Shown here: positions 36,701 to 51,540 of the stretch, piece by piece
How the letters are laid out: each line of letters opens with the position of its first letter
Position numbering within the stretch: position 1 is the stretch's first letter
DNA from: Lama glama
Lineage: Eukaryota
Assembly: GCA_028534125.1 (NCBI GenBank)
Contig: CM052817.1
Span: 86,554,001-86,618,000 of the forward strand
Direction: 5' to 3'
Length of the DNA stretch: 64,000 nucleotides
The notes under the pieces: generated by a model
Seen by the model: the letters and a program-made list of their open reading frames with translations, nothing else
What the model was told of the DNA's origin: nothing
Database searches by the model: none
Position numbers and translations under genes: made by a program

Positions 36701-37559
36701 GACAAGGAACAATTTGTTTTTCATAGATCATTTATTTGGCAACATTAGCCATATGACATGTGCCACTAACTTTAATGGAAATTTGACTAATAATAATTGT
36801 TAAAAGCCTAAACATATAGAATATACATGTGTAAAACTCAATATTAGAATACCACTTTAGTTGATGGTCATGCCATTCCTGAATTACTCAAATTAAAAGA
36901 GATTGTTTGCATAGTTATTTAGTGACAGTGCTATTCTCCAAGACGTGATGGTTGAGACAGAAAATCTAGAAAAGAGGGAACATTTCTGAAAAATTTCTCT
37001 TCTGATTTAAGATGGTGACTAGTTAGCAGATACTAATTTATAACCCTTTTCCTCTATGTAAGTAAAGAAAATTTGCAACAATAATAGTGGTCAGGTCACA
37101 AAATATAGAGAAGAATCTTCACTAATGCTTTGGCAGAGGAGCCCTTGAGACAGCAGAATCTAGGGGGGAAAAATGTGAAGAAATTTCTACCCAATCCAAA
37201 GGTGGAGCTCAGAACTCCTTTTCTAGATGGTCAAGGTCATTTGAAGCCTTTCAGACTGATACACCCCATCCTTGCCAGCACTGAAACCCTGCATTCCAGG
37301 AGAAACAGAATCTAAAACAGATGGAAATTAGGGGCTTTATGTGAGCCTTGTTATCTATCTTTTTATCCAATACATCCTCACTCAGCAATCTCAGACTTAT
37401 TTATGGAAACTCATTTCCTCAGATCGTCTCTTGATATCTGATAAGGCAATAGTTTTAAGAGAGTAGACAACTATAGTACATTTTTCCTGTGACTGTTCTG
37501 AATTTACTCCATGGTTTTTTAATACTCTCTGTCTCTCTCTAAATCAGAAGAACCTGTAG

Positions 37560-38545
37560 TTCTCCTTTTCCTGTATGTTTCTCCTTTACTTTTGCCTAGA
37601 ACACTTTACTTCTGACTCTTCTGATCTTGTTGGGGGAGGGGTCCCCACACCAAGCAGATCTCCATGACTCCAGCTGGGTATCCTACAATGCAATTCAATT
37701 CTGACAGAATCTGCCCAGAGATAGCGTCATATCCCACAGGCTAAGGGCTCAGTCCTGAAAGACTGGCCCCCTCCACCACCCTCCCGGCACACTTCAGTTA
37801 CCAATCTCAAGCTCAGTTGTCACCTGTGCTTCTGACCTACTAGTTAGAGATCAGAGTCTCCAATGACCTCTTTCATGGGTTCAATTAACTTGCTAGAGCT
37901 GCTCACAGAACCCAGATAAATGTTTTATTTACTGAATTGCTGGTTTATTATTAAGTGATGTAACTTAGGAACAGCCAGGTGGAAGAGATACACAGGACAA
38001 GGCGCAGGAAAGAGTAGGGAGCTTCCATGCTCTCTCCATGCACCCACTCTCCCCCAGCCTCCATGTGTTCACAACCCAGAAGCTTTCTGAACCCCACCTT
38101 TTTTTAGGTTTCTATTACGTAGGTGTGATTAATTAAATTATTGACCACTGTTCATTGATTCCACCTCCAAGTTCCTCTCTTCTCCTTGGAAATCAGGGGT
38201 GGGACTGAAAGTTCCAACCCTTTATTCAAGGTTGATTCACCTGGCAACTAGCTCCTAGCCTTAGGTATTTTCCAGAAGTCACTCCATTAACATAAACCTA
38301 GTTGTGGTGGAAAGGGGCTTGTTAAGAGTAACAAGAAACCCATTTCATTTTCATGGCTCTGAAGGGACTTCTGAAACTGAGGACAAGAGACCAAATACTA
38401 TGACAGCAAATACTTGCATCGCTCAGGAAAGCCCAAGGGATTTAAAAGCTATGAACTAGGTACTGTGGGCAAAGACCAATCTATATGAGAAATACATTTT
38501 GGCTATCTGACCAGTTATCTGTATTTTTAAATCACAGTATTGCAC
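37560..38545 (-). mobile_element. MER21-like ERVL LTR
   Basis: ccagctgggtatcctacaatgcaattcaattctgaca...atcccacaggctaagggctcagtcc. Confidence 0.85.
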
Positions 38546-39019
38546 GCTTTGTGTATGAGTGTGTGTATATGTAAAGACTGAGAGTACAGAACACATTACA
38601 TTTCAGTGATATACTTTAGATAGATACAGAATATATTTCAAGACTGACTTCCGTTATACATTAATACATTACTCAGAGGTTACCTCCTCATTTAAAGTTT
38701 CCTGTCTTCTGATTTGAATTATTCTTGTGTCTGAAATAGATATGATAAAAATGCCATGAAGTCTTTATACTTATTTTAATATGTAAGTTCCTACATTATG
38801 ATTTGTATGTAACTCTTTCTACAAAGAAGCCTAACCTTTATTCCATTAGGTTCCTCAAGACTCCACACAGATTTTTTTCCTTTCTTAGATACAGCAGAAT
38901 TCCTTGAAGAAGGGGTGTATAGTGAATGTTTATAATTCCCCTTCTCCCATTCTCTTTTTGATCCATTTTAATGAGCCTTTCATATCTTGACGGGACAAAA
39001 ACGCTGCTTCTCAGGATGA

Positions 39020-40400
39020 CCAGTTTTCTCCAGGTAAATACAGTGGTCAATTTTAGTTTTCATTTTACTCGACCTTTAAGTAGCGTTTAAGACACCTGGT
39101 CATGTCCTTCTCCTTGAAACATTCTCCGTAATTGAATTCTCCAAATACGTTCTCCTGGTTCCTTCCTGTCTCAGTGGCCACTCCTCAGTTTCCTTTGATG
39201 CTTTCTTCTCTTTACCGGTCTGCAGAAATGAGTGTCCCACAGTTCAGTCTTGGGAATTCTCTTTGCATTTTTTCTAAGTGATCTCATTCACTTCAGTGGC
39301 TTTAAGTCTGTATGCTAATCACACCCTGATTTATTTCACCAGCTCAGGAAACTTCCCCAAACTCTGGACTTGAATGTATAACCACTTACTTAACATCTTC
39401 ACTTGAATATGGACATTAGGCATCGCAAACGTGTCCAAATCTAAGCTGCGAAGGTGGCAGTCTTTTTCCAGAAACCTGTTCCTGCATTCTTTCTCAATTT
39501 TGAATAAAGAAATGCCATTCAGGATCCTCTGTTTGAAAACCTGGAAGGTATCTGATACCTCCCTTTCTTACATTCAACCCATCATCATACTCTCTACATT
39601 TTTCCTGCAAAAATACACAGAATCTGACCACTCTTCACAATTATCATGAAATACCCACATCCATACTAATCTAATTTCCCGGCTAGATGATTGTAAAAGC
39701 TTTAAAAATTGTCTCCCTGCTTTTACCCCTGCAAACAGATAGTCTATTCATAGAATAGAACCAGAATAATCAAAATGACTGTTTAAAATGGTCAATCAGA
39801 ACATGTCACTACTTTTCTTCAAACCCTCCTGTGGATTCATATCCCACCCAGACTTCCCTCAATGCCTACAAGGACTTGCCTAATCTTAGTGTTCTTCTCT
39901 CTAGTTCTGTCTCATGCTGTCCTTTCTGTTCAGTCATCACCTCCTGCAGTGACCTCCTCTCCGTACCGCTAGTCTGTCAGCCGTGCTCCCATCATAAGGT
40001 CTTTGTATTTGCTCCTTTCTTTGGCTTAATCACAGTCTCAACAGTGAGTCATATGCCTAATTATGCATCATCTTTCAATTAACGGCTCAAATGACCTTTA
40101 AGGGAGGCCTACCCTAATGACTTTATGTAAAACAGTGGCCCCTGCGCACGCACGCATGCACACAGACACACACACACACACACACACACATTCCCTTTCA
40201 CTTTTTCCTCATTTATTTTCCTCATTCACCACTTTTCACTTTTGGATATACTAAGCTTTTATCTATGAGTTTCTTTCTCTGTCTTCTTTAGTAGAATGTA
40301 AGCTCCATGAGAAAAGATACTGTTTGCTGTTTTGTTTACTGCTGCGTTCCTAGAGCAAAACAGTACACGTGGATGCCCAGTGAATATGTATTAAATGAAA
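39020..40400 (+). mobile_element. L2 LINE, RT region to 3' end, with internal (CA)n at 40143-40190
   Basis: LDL..AF.T..H remnant near 39070; tail tagaatgtaagctccatgag...tgaatatgtattaaatgaa. Confidence 0.85.
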
Positions 40401-40439
40401 AAACTGAGGCATAAATACGTTGTTGTTCTTTACTCTGAT

Positions 40440-41525
40440 AGTCAACAGCCTAAGTGGGACATGGGGTTACCACAAGTCTGAGCATCCCTGAGAGCCTGTC
40501 AGCACAGAACAGTTCTTGGATTCTGTGGTTTTTAGGTTCCTAGATTTAATGATATGTGGTATCTACCAGGATGCAAAAAGTATATTACTGAGTGCTGGAT
40601 AGCATTTCCTGGCGATAGTCTCAGATAAAATCTTTCTGAGAAAAATTATTTCCCTGTGTGTGATCTGGGATTGAATCCATTTTTCAGGTGGATTCTGAGC
40701 AGGAATCCTTCATTAAATTGGGCAGATCAACCAAGTTGAGGCCACCTTGCCCAATAAGTGAAGCCATTTTATAAGACTGCCACCTTCAAGTGAGGACGGG
40801 TTTGTTATTACCTTTGTCATTATAGTCTTTGGGGACCCTCCATAATCAGCCTCCTGTGGATATTATTAGACATCATAGAAGGCCAACGATCTCACTCTTA
40901 CACCTAATTTCACTCTGTATATGCCTTTCAGGATTCTGATTCTCTAATTTTAAGTATGTCCCCAGTGTTCTCCCTGCTATTCATAATAGGCCAGTATCTC
41001 TACTCTTAATAGATGTGGCAACCAAACATCCATCTTCGATTATGATCATGGATGTAAAGACATTTTTATGCCTGTGACGATGGTAACATCAACATTTCAC
41101 CTAGAAAATTACTAAACAGCAATACCCTGTACAGTATCTAAACTGTAATGCCGGCAGTGAGTTCGCTGCTGTCCCTTAGAAGAAGTTCCACCTAGCTGTC
41201 TGGGTTCAGTCCCGCTTCAGTTAGGAGTGGGTATTTCTCTTTGTATTCCTTATAGCCTGAAGCTCACCCCAACTCCCTGCTCCCAGCCAGAGAGGTGCAT
41301 GTAGAGCTGTTGAACGGCAGCGTTTCCACAGCTGATCATTTAGAAGGAAGAGAAGGTGCTGGTGCATTCAGAGACAGTTCATCCTCTGAAGCTCTTCCAT
41401 TCAGCTGCCAGGTCCTTAGCACATCGCGAGCCCATCTGTGCCTGTCTGCATTCACGTCCCTACTCCTGGCCTCTCCTCTTCTTTTTCCTGTATGTCTCCT
41501 CCTCCTCCTGGCACAATTCTTACAT
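40440..41525 (-). mobile_element. Old ERVL-class LTR (~41170-41525) with adjacent gag-like internal remnant
   Basis: Minus strand starts tgtaagaattgtgccagg; downstream W...GQGGLNL resembles ERVL gag W...DNGGRNI. Confidence 0.4.
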
Positions 41526-41629
41526 ATCTAATTTAAACTTTTGATAGTATTTTCTTTCCAAAAATTCTAAGCATTTCTGTTCCATAGCAGCTTCTTTTGT
41601 TCTTTTGTCATGCATTCAAAGTCATTATA

Positions 41630-41770
41630 CTGAGGATGAGAGAGTATTCAAAATAAAAATGCCTGAGTCTTTGATGACATCATTAAGCCACTGAATCAAT
41701 CCTGGGGCCATTAACTCCCACCTTCTGTTTATGTTATCATTAAAAGTTCTTATTACTCCCAACTGAGAGT
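41630..41770 (+). mobile_element. MLT1-like LTR 3' fragment
   Basis: cctgagtctttgatgacatcattaagccactgaatcaa. Confidence 0.6.
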
Positions 41771-44359
41771 GAAATTCACTGAATGACTAAATGTCTCTTT
41801 ATCTGACTTACAAAATAGAGAGTAGGTTGCATAGACACCTTTTGATAAAAAGTCTCAGACCTGAGATTTTCCTGTCATTTGTGCTGGTAATTGCAACTGG
41901 AGTCTATGGACAATAAAAGAAAGGATATAAAAGTAACTATTTCAAATGTAATTGTTGAGTTTTTGTGCAGGGATTTGGAATTGTGTTGCAATTCAGGGAG
42001 ACATAGGTTGAAGTAACTCCCAGTCCTTGACAGAATGGATGAGTAAGAGTGGGTGGACTCTAGAAGTGGGTAGTGTTTGTCTTTGGGTAAAAGCAATGTT
42101 TGGAAAATAACTGACCCTTCAGCGGCTGCGGTGCCTCGAATGTGTACTCTCTGTTGGTAACGGACTACACTGGAATGAAGGAGATTCATGAATATTTGAG
42201 GGGCAAAGTCCTGCAACAAAATAAAGTAATTAGTCAGAATAAAATTTAGGATGAGATCAAGGTTTCTGTGCTGGGTCATCTCGGAGCAGATGAGAAAGGC
42301 AGTGTATAATACTGTGACTAATGGGTTATGCTGGCATTCAGACCCACTCCTGGAATTTTTTATTATAGGTGGAAGTGATGTCATACAATCCATAAACTCA
42401 GCAAGAAGGTCTGAACCTGTGACCTCGGATAGACTAACCTACAAACAGCAGACAATAGAACCAGTCTGAGCAGCCTCTTTCAGAGCTGGCTTAGGAAATG
42501 TCATTGCGTAACTGTGTATTAGCCTGTAAACTGGATACTTCCATATGTGACCATGAAGATAGATGCAGCAAACATCAACCAATATCCTCTCAAATTCATA
42601 CTCTTAGGATGTTGTTGTTTTTTTTTCCTCAGAGCATTCCTTCATGAGAAAATACATTCTTTCATAACATGATCACTATCTTTATTAGGTGATTCAGTGT
42701 TCTGTTATTAAATCATGTATTTAAAACAGTTCAAAATAAACAATTAAACATTTTAAACATAGAAAACTTTTGAGTAGTTATGAAGGAAAAACTGAACTTG
42801 AATGGAAAAAAAGTAAACTACAATCTAAGTGAATCCAAATATAGAGCAGAGTGTATTTATGCTGTACTATTGTTGAGGAAAAAATATACTTGTGTGATTT
42901 TTTTTCTTCCAGTTCAAATAGACTTCCACTTGAAATTTCAAAATTCTTTTGTATTCCTGTACTGAATGGTAAATGCTTTGTATGAGAGGATTCTTTTATT
43001 CAGAAAGTATGGTATTATTTGATATTTCTGAAATTTCCCGTATGCTTTTAGGCAGATACCAGACATACTAAAACACTTGAGTTTTAAAATAACTGGTATT
43101 ATAAGGAATAGGCACAAAGAGAGTATCTAAAATGCTTCATCATTATTTTTGCTGTGAACAGAATCAGCTTTATAAACTCAGAGCTGGTTTCTTTCAGGCA
43201 ATTACCATGAATACACATGAATTGTGTTCATTTTCCATTTATGCTGCAAACAGTCGACACTGGAACTGCAGTATAATAATCAGCACACCTTAATGCTTGT
43301 TGTTCTCTGGGTCTGAATTTTCCCGGGCCACAATGACTTGTATGCTTTACATCAAAATTAAAGGTGCAATAATGGGGAACTCTTTCTGGTGTTTTCTTTT
43401 ATTGTAAGTAGAAAACTAAATATTGGAGTCCTCTAACTTACAAACAGGTCATGTTCCAAACAGCCATTTTAAAGTCAGGTGGGAGGTAATAAGAATGCAT
43501 TTTCTTACAAAAATAGCAGTTAAGCATCATAGCTGATTTTTGGAGAATAAAGAAAGTGAAATTTCTAGCACACCTGCATTTATGGCCAGAAATGTATACT
43601 CTCGCAGTAAAACAAGGTTTTCTCTCTCTGCCCATCTCTTTTTCTACTATCCAGCAGCGTACGTCTGCTTCTTCAAATCATCAAGGTGGTTGGACACAGT
43701 TGGGAGGGGGGCTGATGGGGAGATTGTCTTCTTCAAGTAGGTTCAGGACTTAGGTTCTTGTAACTGCTTATGTTGAATTCCCAGCTCCAGTGGGTCCAGC
43801 CATTAATAGGTGCAATTAATTCTCTTAGAGATCTCATTCTACTCAATTATGACAGGTGATAAATTAAAATATGATGAAACTTGAAAATTTGATAGAAATA
43901 TATCAAGGTGACAGGGCTCAGGAGGAAAGACCTTTTTCAGGGGGTGATGTTTAACTTGACCCAGGACGATAAGGACTTGAGTAAGTAGAGGAAATAAGTG
44001 TGTCTGTGAAACTTAAAGGCTGGTGGCTTAACCCTCGTGACATCTAAGTGGTGTGACAGCACAAAGAGGCACAGTCTGTATAACTTTGCCAGCCAGGAGA
44101 TTGCGTTTGGATTTTATCCTAAGCAACCTAGGAAGCAAGTGAAGGTTTTAAGGTGAGTAATGTTATGTTAACATTTGAAAAGATCACACTGGAGTTAGCC
44201 CTGTAATGAAGGCCTATTCTCTTTTCTATTTTTTTTCCGTTGTGCTTTCTCTCTTTTATCCTTCCCTTCTCATTCCTGTGTTTCTCTTTTCTTTGCCAAC
44301 AAGGCAGATTTCAGAATTAAACTTGATAATGTGATTTATGAACAAGTTGTATGATTGCA

Positions 44360-46200
44360 TCATTCATTTCTTTAACAAATATATATTGAGTGTTCTTGAT
44401 ATAAAGACTAACCTAGATACCAGGTATAGAGCAGCCTGCAAAGAAGGACAATCAGTATTTTAAAAATAACTAAATAACTAAATTACAGAGTGAATCAGAT
44501 AGCAGTAAATGTGAGAAAAAAAAGTTAAGCAGAGAAGATAGATGGAGAGTGTTGGAGGATGGAAGAAATTTCAGCCTCTTACAAGGTTGTCAAAAGAGCC
44601 TCACTGCGAAAATGATGTTTACATAAGGACTGAAGGATGAGGAAGTGGACCTCGTACCCTGGACAAGAGATGTTCAGGCAGAGCAAAGTGCACATGTCCC
44701 GAGCGAGAAGCATGAGTGCTGTGTTTAAGAAGAGCAAGAAAGCAGCTTACACAGCCTCAGGACTGGATCCTGTAGACCCTTGGAGAGCCTTGCAAGAATG
44801 TTGCCTTTACACTGAGAACTTGGGAAACTTAGAAAGTTTTCATCAAGTTATAATAGGATCTGTCCTAATTATAACAGGATCACTCTGGCTACTTTGTGAA
44901 AACAACTTCAGGAGAAAGGCAAAAGCAACATTAAAAAGTTAAGAGATACTAAATAATAAAGGCAAGAGAGAAAGGTTGTTTGGATAAAGCGGTAGCTTCA
45001 AAAAAAGTAACAGATTCTAAATATATTTTGGAGGAGGTTCTTATAGAACTTGTACAGGAATTGGATGTTGGATATGAGACAAGGAAAATAATGAATGATG
45101 ATCCCCATGTTTGGCCTAAGCAACAGAAGGAGAGTTGGCTTTAATGAAGAGAAGGAGCGTGAGAGGAAGAGTTTTGTTTATTCAGAGTAAGGGATGGAGG
45201 TGGAAGGCAGTCTAAGGACTTTGGTTTTGAACAGGTTAAGTTTGGAATGTCTATTAGATACCAGAGTGGAGATGAAATTTAGGCAGTTAGATGAATGACC
45301 AAAAGAGAAGTTGTTACATAGATGGTATTTGGAGTCATGATAGGAGTTGAGGTCAGTAAGAAAGTAAATGTAGACTAAAAAAGATTCAGAAGTAGATCCT
45401 TGAGACACTAAAATTTCAAGGCCTGGACATAAGCAGTCAAGTTTTGCAAAGGAGACAGAAAATGAAATCGATCCAAAGAAAACAGTAAGAATGTTGTATT
45501 TTAGAACAAAAGCCAGGAGTTCTGTTATTCAAGACTGATTTAGACTAATAATTGAAAGCTGGACTTTGTGACATCCATAGAAAAGGACATCTTAAGGGAA
45601 GATCAGAATTAAAAGAATGCTTGGCGACGATTCAACAGCAAATCAGAAGAGAACAACTGGAGACTTTGACCATAGACACCTCCTTTGAGGTTATTTTGCT
45701 CTACCCAAAAGAAAGAAAAAAAGCCTATGAGAAATAAATGGAATTTAAGAAATAGTTTTTCTGATTCTAATTTTTAGTGGGAAATAGAAATATTTTTGTG
45801 ATCATAGGAATAATCTGTGAGATCAAGAATCATAGAGAATGGAGTAACAGAAGAGGAAAGCTAAAACAAGGTCTCTGAGCAGGTAAGTGAGGGTGAGAGC
45901 CGTTGTGTACCAGGAGCACATAAAATTCTCCCATAGAAACAGGAGAGAACCCAGACCTGGGTGGGTGGGGAGCTGTGGTGCTGGGAGGTGGTGGGAATTC
46001 TCTTCTGATTGATTGGACATATTTTTTTTCTCAGTTAAATATGAAGCAAGGCCATTCCCCAGAGAGTGAGAATGGGAAAGAGAACTGCAGAAAGATTAGA
46101 GGTATAGAATTATTATCTGAAAGAGTGGAGGGTAACTGGGATAGGGAAATAGAGAATGACCCCGGGGAACTACTTAGAGGCAGTGATCATTAATTTTAAA
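44360..46200 (-). mobile_element. L2 LINE, long decayed copy
   Basis: Starts cattcatttctttaacaaatatatattgag; purine-rich antisense L2 text (ttggttttgaacaggttaagtttggaatgtctattagata). Confidence 0.8.
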
Positions 46201-48118
46201 GTGCGCTTTTCTCAGTCTTTTTCACCTTTATCAGTGAAGCTTTGATACTTTTATACTGTTTAAGGTTTTTATTTCTCCACTGGCCAAGAAGGTGCTGCTG
46301 TACTTTGTTGCATCTGTACTTTTTCTTTTCGTATACAATATTGTAATGAATATGTTGTTTAACAACACTTACTTCTTAACCTTTAAACATGTTCTATACC
46401 CCATCAATTGCTCACTGAAAAAAGTTACACCATAGCTATAGTCATAAAGAGTGACAATAACTTGACTCACCAACTTTAAATAAAAATAAAGCCCACCTTA
46501 AAAATGCCCTCATAAGCTCAACTAACAGATCAATAGAACAAATTACTGTTTGAGGTTCAGTGACTTACTTATTACAAGACAATTGCTAAATGAACATAAA
46601 AATTTACAGAGATGATGAGTATGTTTTTACTGAACTTTAATAATATATATTTTCAAAGTATTATACAATGGTTATTACATCACCCAGCATATAGTCAGAA
46701 ATCAACATTAGCTAATATAAGCAGTGCTGGTGTTCGTACTATTACCACTGATAACATATGCATCTCAGAATCTATTTATTTACTTACAGTTTCTACAATT
46801 ATACCAAATTGGTGTGCATGTCATCCTTATAGACTCCCCCATTTCCTTGCTAAAAGTTTATTGCATTAATTACCTACTTTTTACTCTATTTCCAGTGTGT
46901 TTATTTTGGACTTGCAACTACAATATAAGCCCCCTAATTATTATGATCATCCTAATTTCAACTTCTTCAATTACGCTAGCACTGATTGGCCAGTGTTACA
47001 TTGCTAAATTGTGAGTCTAAACAAAATTTTCTTACTGAGTGTTCTTGGATGGCTGCCTATAACCTCCAAATGTCCTGTAGTGCCCTGTGTGTCTTTTTGC
47101 TCTCAACTCTCAGAATAATCTCATTTGTATCCCATATCCAGCAATGCCAAACTACACAAAATGATAAAAAATGCTGTAATTTGCGTTAAGTCCAACTAAT
47201 TCTAAATCATCCTTCAAGGTCCAGATCAAGAATTACCTCTGAGGTAATCTTCCTTAATCAAAACCATAACATAACTCGTGTTTGCGTTTATTTAGTACTT
47301 AGCTGACTCGGAGCTCTTTGAGAGAAGAAATTATGTGGGGTTTATTTATGATTCTCTGTACTCAAAACAGTACTGGCAGTATTGGAGAGGTACAATAAGC
47401 AATTGTGAAGGGAGTAAATTAATGAATGAATTAATTAATGGACAAGGTAATCTTTTGAATATTAAAACAAGTAAATACAGAAGCAATGAAAAGACTACTC
47501 TCAAAAATAATGCAAATGAGAATTATAAAAATGGCTAAGCAAGATTTAAAATCAAATCTATAAATAGCTTAATTACATTCAATTTTTGGAAAGCACTTTA
47601 ATTTTATTAATTGGAAAACATTCTAAATTCTAAAGGAGAAGCAATAAAGCAACACATTTTTATAGACATGTTAATTAGGATACTACAGACAATTAGCAAG
47701 TTGAAAAACTAACTGACATAGCTAACGACTTTAGTAACATTTAATTCAACATGTGAATAAGGTAAATACTCCCCAAAGTATAAATATAATGCCTTATAAA
47801 ATGGCCCGATTAAGCTTAGCAAATACTGTAATCTTGACCTACCACTGAACTTCCAGAGCTAGTCAACAGATCTTTAATTATCAGTTTAAATACTGCTAAA
47901 ATTATGCAGAGTTAATTGCTATTTTAATAAGTATTTTCAGACTAACAGGTCATTGCGCCCATTTGGGATGATTAGTTTAGGAAATAACACCTTCGAGAAT
48001 AACAGCATAGTAATTTTTTTAAATGAATAAATATGTAAATGAGAAATAGGTTCTTACATTTTTCTTAAGGGTTAAGTTAATTTCAAAAGATAGGTAAGAT
48101 TACACTAGTACCCTTTAT

Positions 48119-48299
48119 TTTTTTAACATTTTTTATTGATTTATAATCATTTTATAATGTTGTGTCAAATTCCAGTGTAGAGCACAATTTTTCAGTTATA
48201 CGTGAGCATGTATATATTCATTGTCACCTTTTTTTCCTCCATGAGCTACCGTAAGATCTTGTATATATTTCCCTGTGCTATACAGTATAATCTTGTTTA
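48119..48299 (-). mobile_element. Young camelid-type LINE-1 3' end with TSD
   Basis: tttttaacattttttattgatttataatc...ccctgtgctatacagtataatcttgttta; TSD acta(g/c)taccctttat on both sides. Confidence 0.9.
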
Positions 48300-48896
48300 A
48301 CTACTACCCTTTATCTTTTTTTTTTTTTTTTCAGAATCAGGCTTCTAGTGATACTGTTCATGACAATTTAGTGCTGCCTGGTCTGTTTTTTTTTTTTGCC
48401 CAGGGCACCATTTTTAGGACATCCTCCAGAGTTTCAAGAAAAAAATCTTTTTGTTTCCTTTTCCATGATGTTACCAAAGTGCTTGTAGTTTAATCAGCTG
48501 TGGTTAAAACCGTAAGTGATGTTTTCCGCAATAAACAACTTAAAGACTTTCTGTCATTGCAGAAGTACTGTTCAGGCTCTTAGATGACGGCTAACTTTTA
48601 AAGCAGCTTCCACTCAACTCCTCAAGAAGCAGCAGCCTTCACCAAGTGTGACTGATTTTTCTTTCCTCTCTTCTCTCATTTTCCCCAATGGGGAAAGTAG
48701 GCTTCATCTGATTTTAAATATTTTTACATTTCTATTGTTTTAGAATTTATTTCAGTTCATGGAAATACCTCTTTTAAGAGCATTTATTTGAGAAAATACA
48801 GATGTATAATTCATGTCAATTAGCTGTTGCTAATTCTTTATATTTTCGTATTTTAATTCTTTCCCCATTTTACAAAATTTTTTTTGCATAAGTTCT

Positions 48897-49356
48897 ATAT
48901 TTGTCTCCTAGTGTTACTGTAACTAAGTACTACAAACTAGGTGGTTAAAAAGCAATAGAAATTTATTTTCTCACAATTTGGAGGTTAGAAGCGCAAAAAG
49001 GTGTCTTCAGAGCACTGCTCCATCTGAGAACTGTAGAAGAGAATCCTTGCTTTTTTCCAACTAGCTTCTGGTGGTGGTTGTCAAGCTCTGACAGTCCTCG
49101 GCTTGCAGCCACAATCCTTCAGTCTCTGCCTCCATCATCACATGGCGCTCTCCCCTGGTGTCTTGGGGTCTTCACATGCCGTTTTCCTCCTGCAAGGACA
49201 TCAGTCATATTGGATTAAGGCCCATGCCACTCAGGATGACCTCCTCATTGCTAATTATATTTGAGTGATCCTATTTCCAAATAAGGTCACATTCAGAAGT
49301 CTTAGAGGTGAGGACTTGAACACATCTAACCAAAGAACACAACTAAACATTTAACA
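48897..49356 (-). mobile_element. MLT1C-like MaLR LTR
   Basis: tgtaactaagtactacaaactaggtgg...cctatttccaaataaggtcacattc. Confidence 0.88.
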
Positions 49357-50919
49357 GGCACGCTGCTATTCCTTTGTAGTAATTATAGCTTTTTTATTGT
49401 GGTCAGCTGTTTAATGAATAATTGTGTGAGTAGAGTATCATCTGTGGTGGAAGTAAATCGGATTTATGAACTTTAATTAAGATTTTTTGGTTTATGTGTT
49501 AGTTTTAGCTTTTGATAATTTTAAGCACACATTAACAAAACTGCGTGTTTTATGTGCCTTGGAAGGACTGTCTTCCCCTCATTTTCAACAGTATTCAAAA
49601 AGATGTGATGGCTACCAAGCCTGTCAGTGGTCAGTGCTTTATGCTGATGCCTCTTACTGCTTCACCCTGCTTCTCATCTAACATTTACTGGGCGGTAGAT
49701 AATAAAATAGCAGCTAAGCCCCTGCCACTTCAGCCTGTTGAACATTGTCTCTGCAAGAGCATTCTCAGTTTCATCAATGGTTTTGTTCCTTCTGGATATC
49801 TTCATACTAATCAAAAGATCACTTGCAGGGGCTTTTCAGTATTATAAAAATACGCATTTAGAAAAATCTCTGTTCTCAATTTTGAAGAACCAGATGTCAA
49901 TTTTCATCAACTACTTTAACTTTATTCTACATTTTACAACATTTGGCAGTTATGCTTCAAAGTTTGGCAGGATTGCTGATGCCACTGAAGATAGAGATTG
50001 TCTTACCTTTTATATTTTTTGGAGACTTACTTTAGAGTAAGTGGATTAAATATGTGCATCTTTACTTAGCTCTTTGTATTGAGGCATTCTATATAAATTT
50101 GGTTAATTAAAAATGCTTTTATGAAATGGATCTGCCATGAAAATAATAAGGAAAAATGCCACTATTCATGATTGATGTAGCCATAGGAAGATAGAGTACA
50201 TAGTAATATACTTTATGGTGCTATCAATGACAAATAGACATTATTTAGAAGTCCCATTTAATTAATTCAAGTGCTATTAATGGTAATATGGAATTAATAG
50301 TAAAGAAATGAGACATTTCTCAAGAAATAAAAATAGACTAGGAACATATTACTGAAGCATGTGTATATTATAATTGATCATAAAAACAACCTACATAATA
50401 AGAATATTTGCCCAAGAGAACAATGTTCTGTGAGTGCAGAAGATATACAAGAGTTCATCTTGGCATTCTTTAAAATAGTAAGAAATTTTAATCAACTTAA
50501 ATGTCAATAGGAAATTTTAATATATCAATGTAATAAAAAAACAACAAAAAAGTTTGTATTTTATAAGACTATTTAGTTACATGGACGTTTTTAAGATTAT
50601 AAAGTATTAAAAGCAATTGAAATCAAAATGCTAATAGTGTTTATTTCTGTGGGTGGGGATTATGAGTAATTATTATTTTGTATGTTATGCTTTTATGCAT
50701 TTCTTGTTGTCTGCAGTGAATATGTATTGCTTATAAAATTAGAAAGAAAACAATAATTGTCATTAAAATTTTTAAAAAGCAATTGAAAATATTATATGAT
50801 ATTCCCTAAATTTAAAATTTATAAACCTCAATAAATCTGGTATATAAGCATATTATGTATAAAATACAAAAAACGTTTAAAATAAATAAAATGAATGTTT
50901 TGCCCTCATTTTTTAATAC

Positions 50920-51085
50920 ACTTTGTTTTTTAGATCAGCTTTAGCTTCAGGGAAAAATTGAGTGGAAGGTACAGCGATTTCCCATTTACCCCTTGTCTCC
51001 AATCATGCACAGCCTCCCCCATTATCACTTCTCCCGCCAGAGTGGCACATTTGTTATAATCTAAGAACCGACATGAACACATTCA
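50920..51085 (-). mobile_element. L1MC-like 3' end fragment
   Basis: aaaattgagtggaaggtacagcgatttccc...ccagagtggcacatttgtta. Confidence 0.75.
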
Positions 51086-51169
51086 GAGTCAATTTTTTTT
51101 TAACAGTATAATAGAAATGCTATTAGTTGGATTTTCATGTAACTTGGGAAATATATTTGGGCTACATGA

Positions 51170-51540
51170 TGTATAGATAAATTGCCTAGTTTATGCTTTG
51201 ATAACCAATCAAATCGTATATTTCATTTGCTTAATACACGAGTTTATTTCTCACATTCCACATTTTCCATCCTGGTTGACAAGTGGCATTGCAGGAGTTG
51301 GCACTCTGTTCCACATGGTCACTCAGAGATTCAGGGTGCTGTATGAATTCTCTTAACATCTCAAAGATGATCTCTGGTCACTGCTGCAAAGAAAAGAGAT
51401 CTGCAGGAATCACACCTGTTGTACAATTTTGATTTTTATCCCATTTGCTAGATTAGTCACATGGAATGCTAGAAACGTCACCCTGCTCTGTGCACAGGAA
51501 GAGGAAAATGTGGTGAATATATAGTGTTGTCTCTGTGACA
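51170..51540 (-). mobile_element. Old MLT1-like LTR
   Basis: gtttatttctcaca...ggtcactcag...ccatttgctaga..agtcacatgg. Confidence 0.55.

Noticed and set aside
40555..40625. Plus-strand WYLPGCKKY...PGDSL resembling the PLA2 calcium loop
   Set aside because: No supporting neighbours; the region is better explained as antisense ERVL internal sequence.
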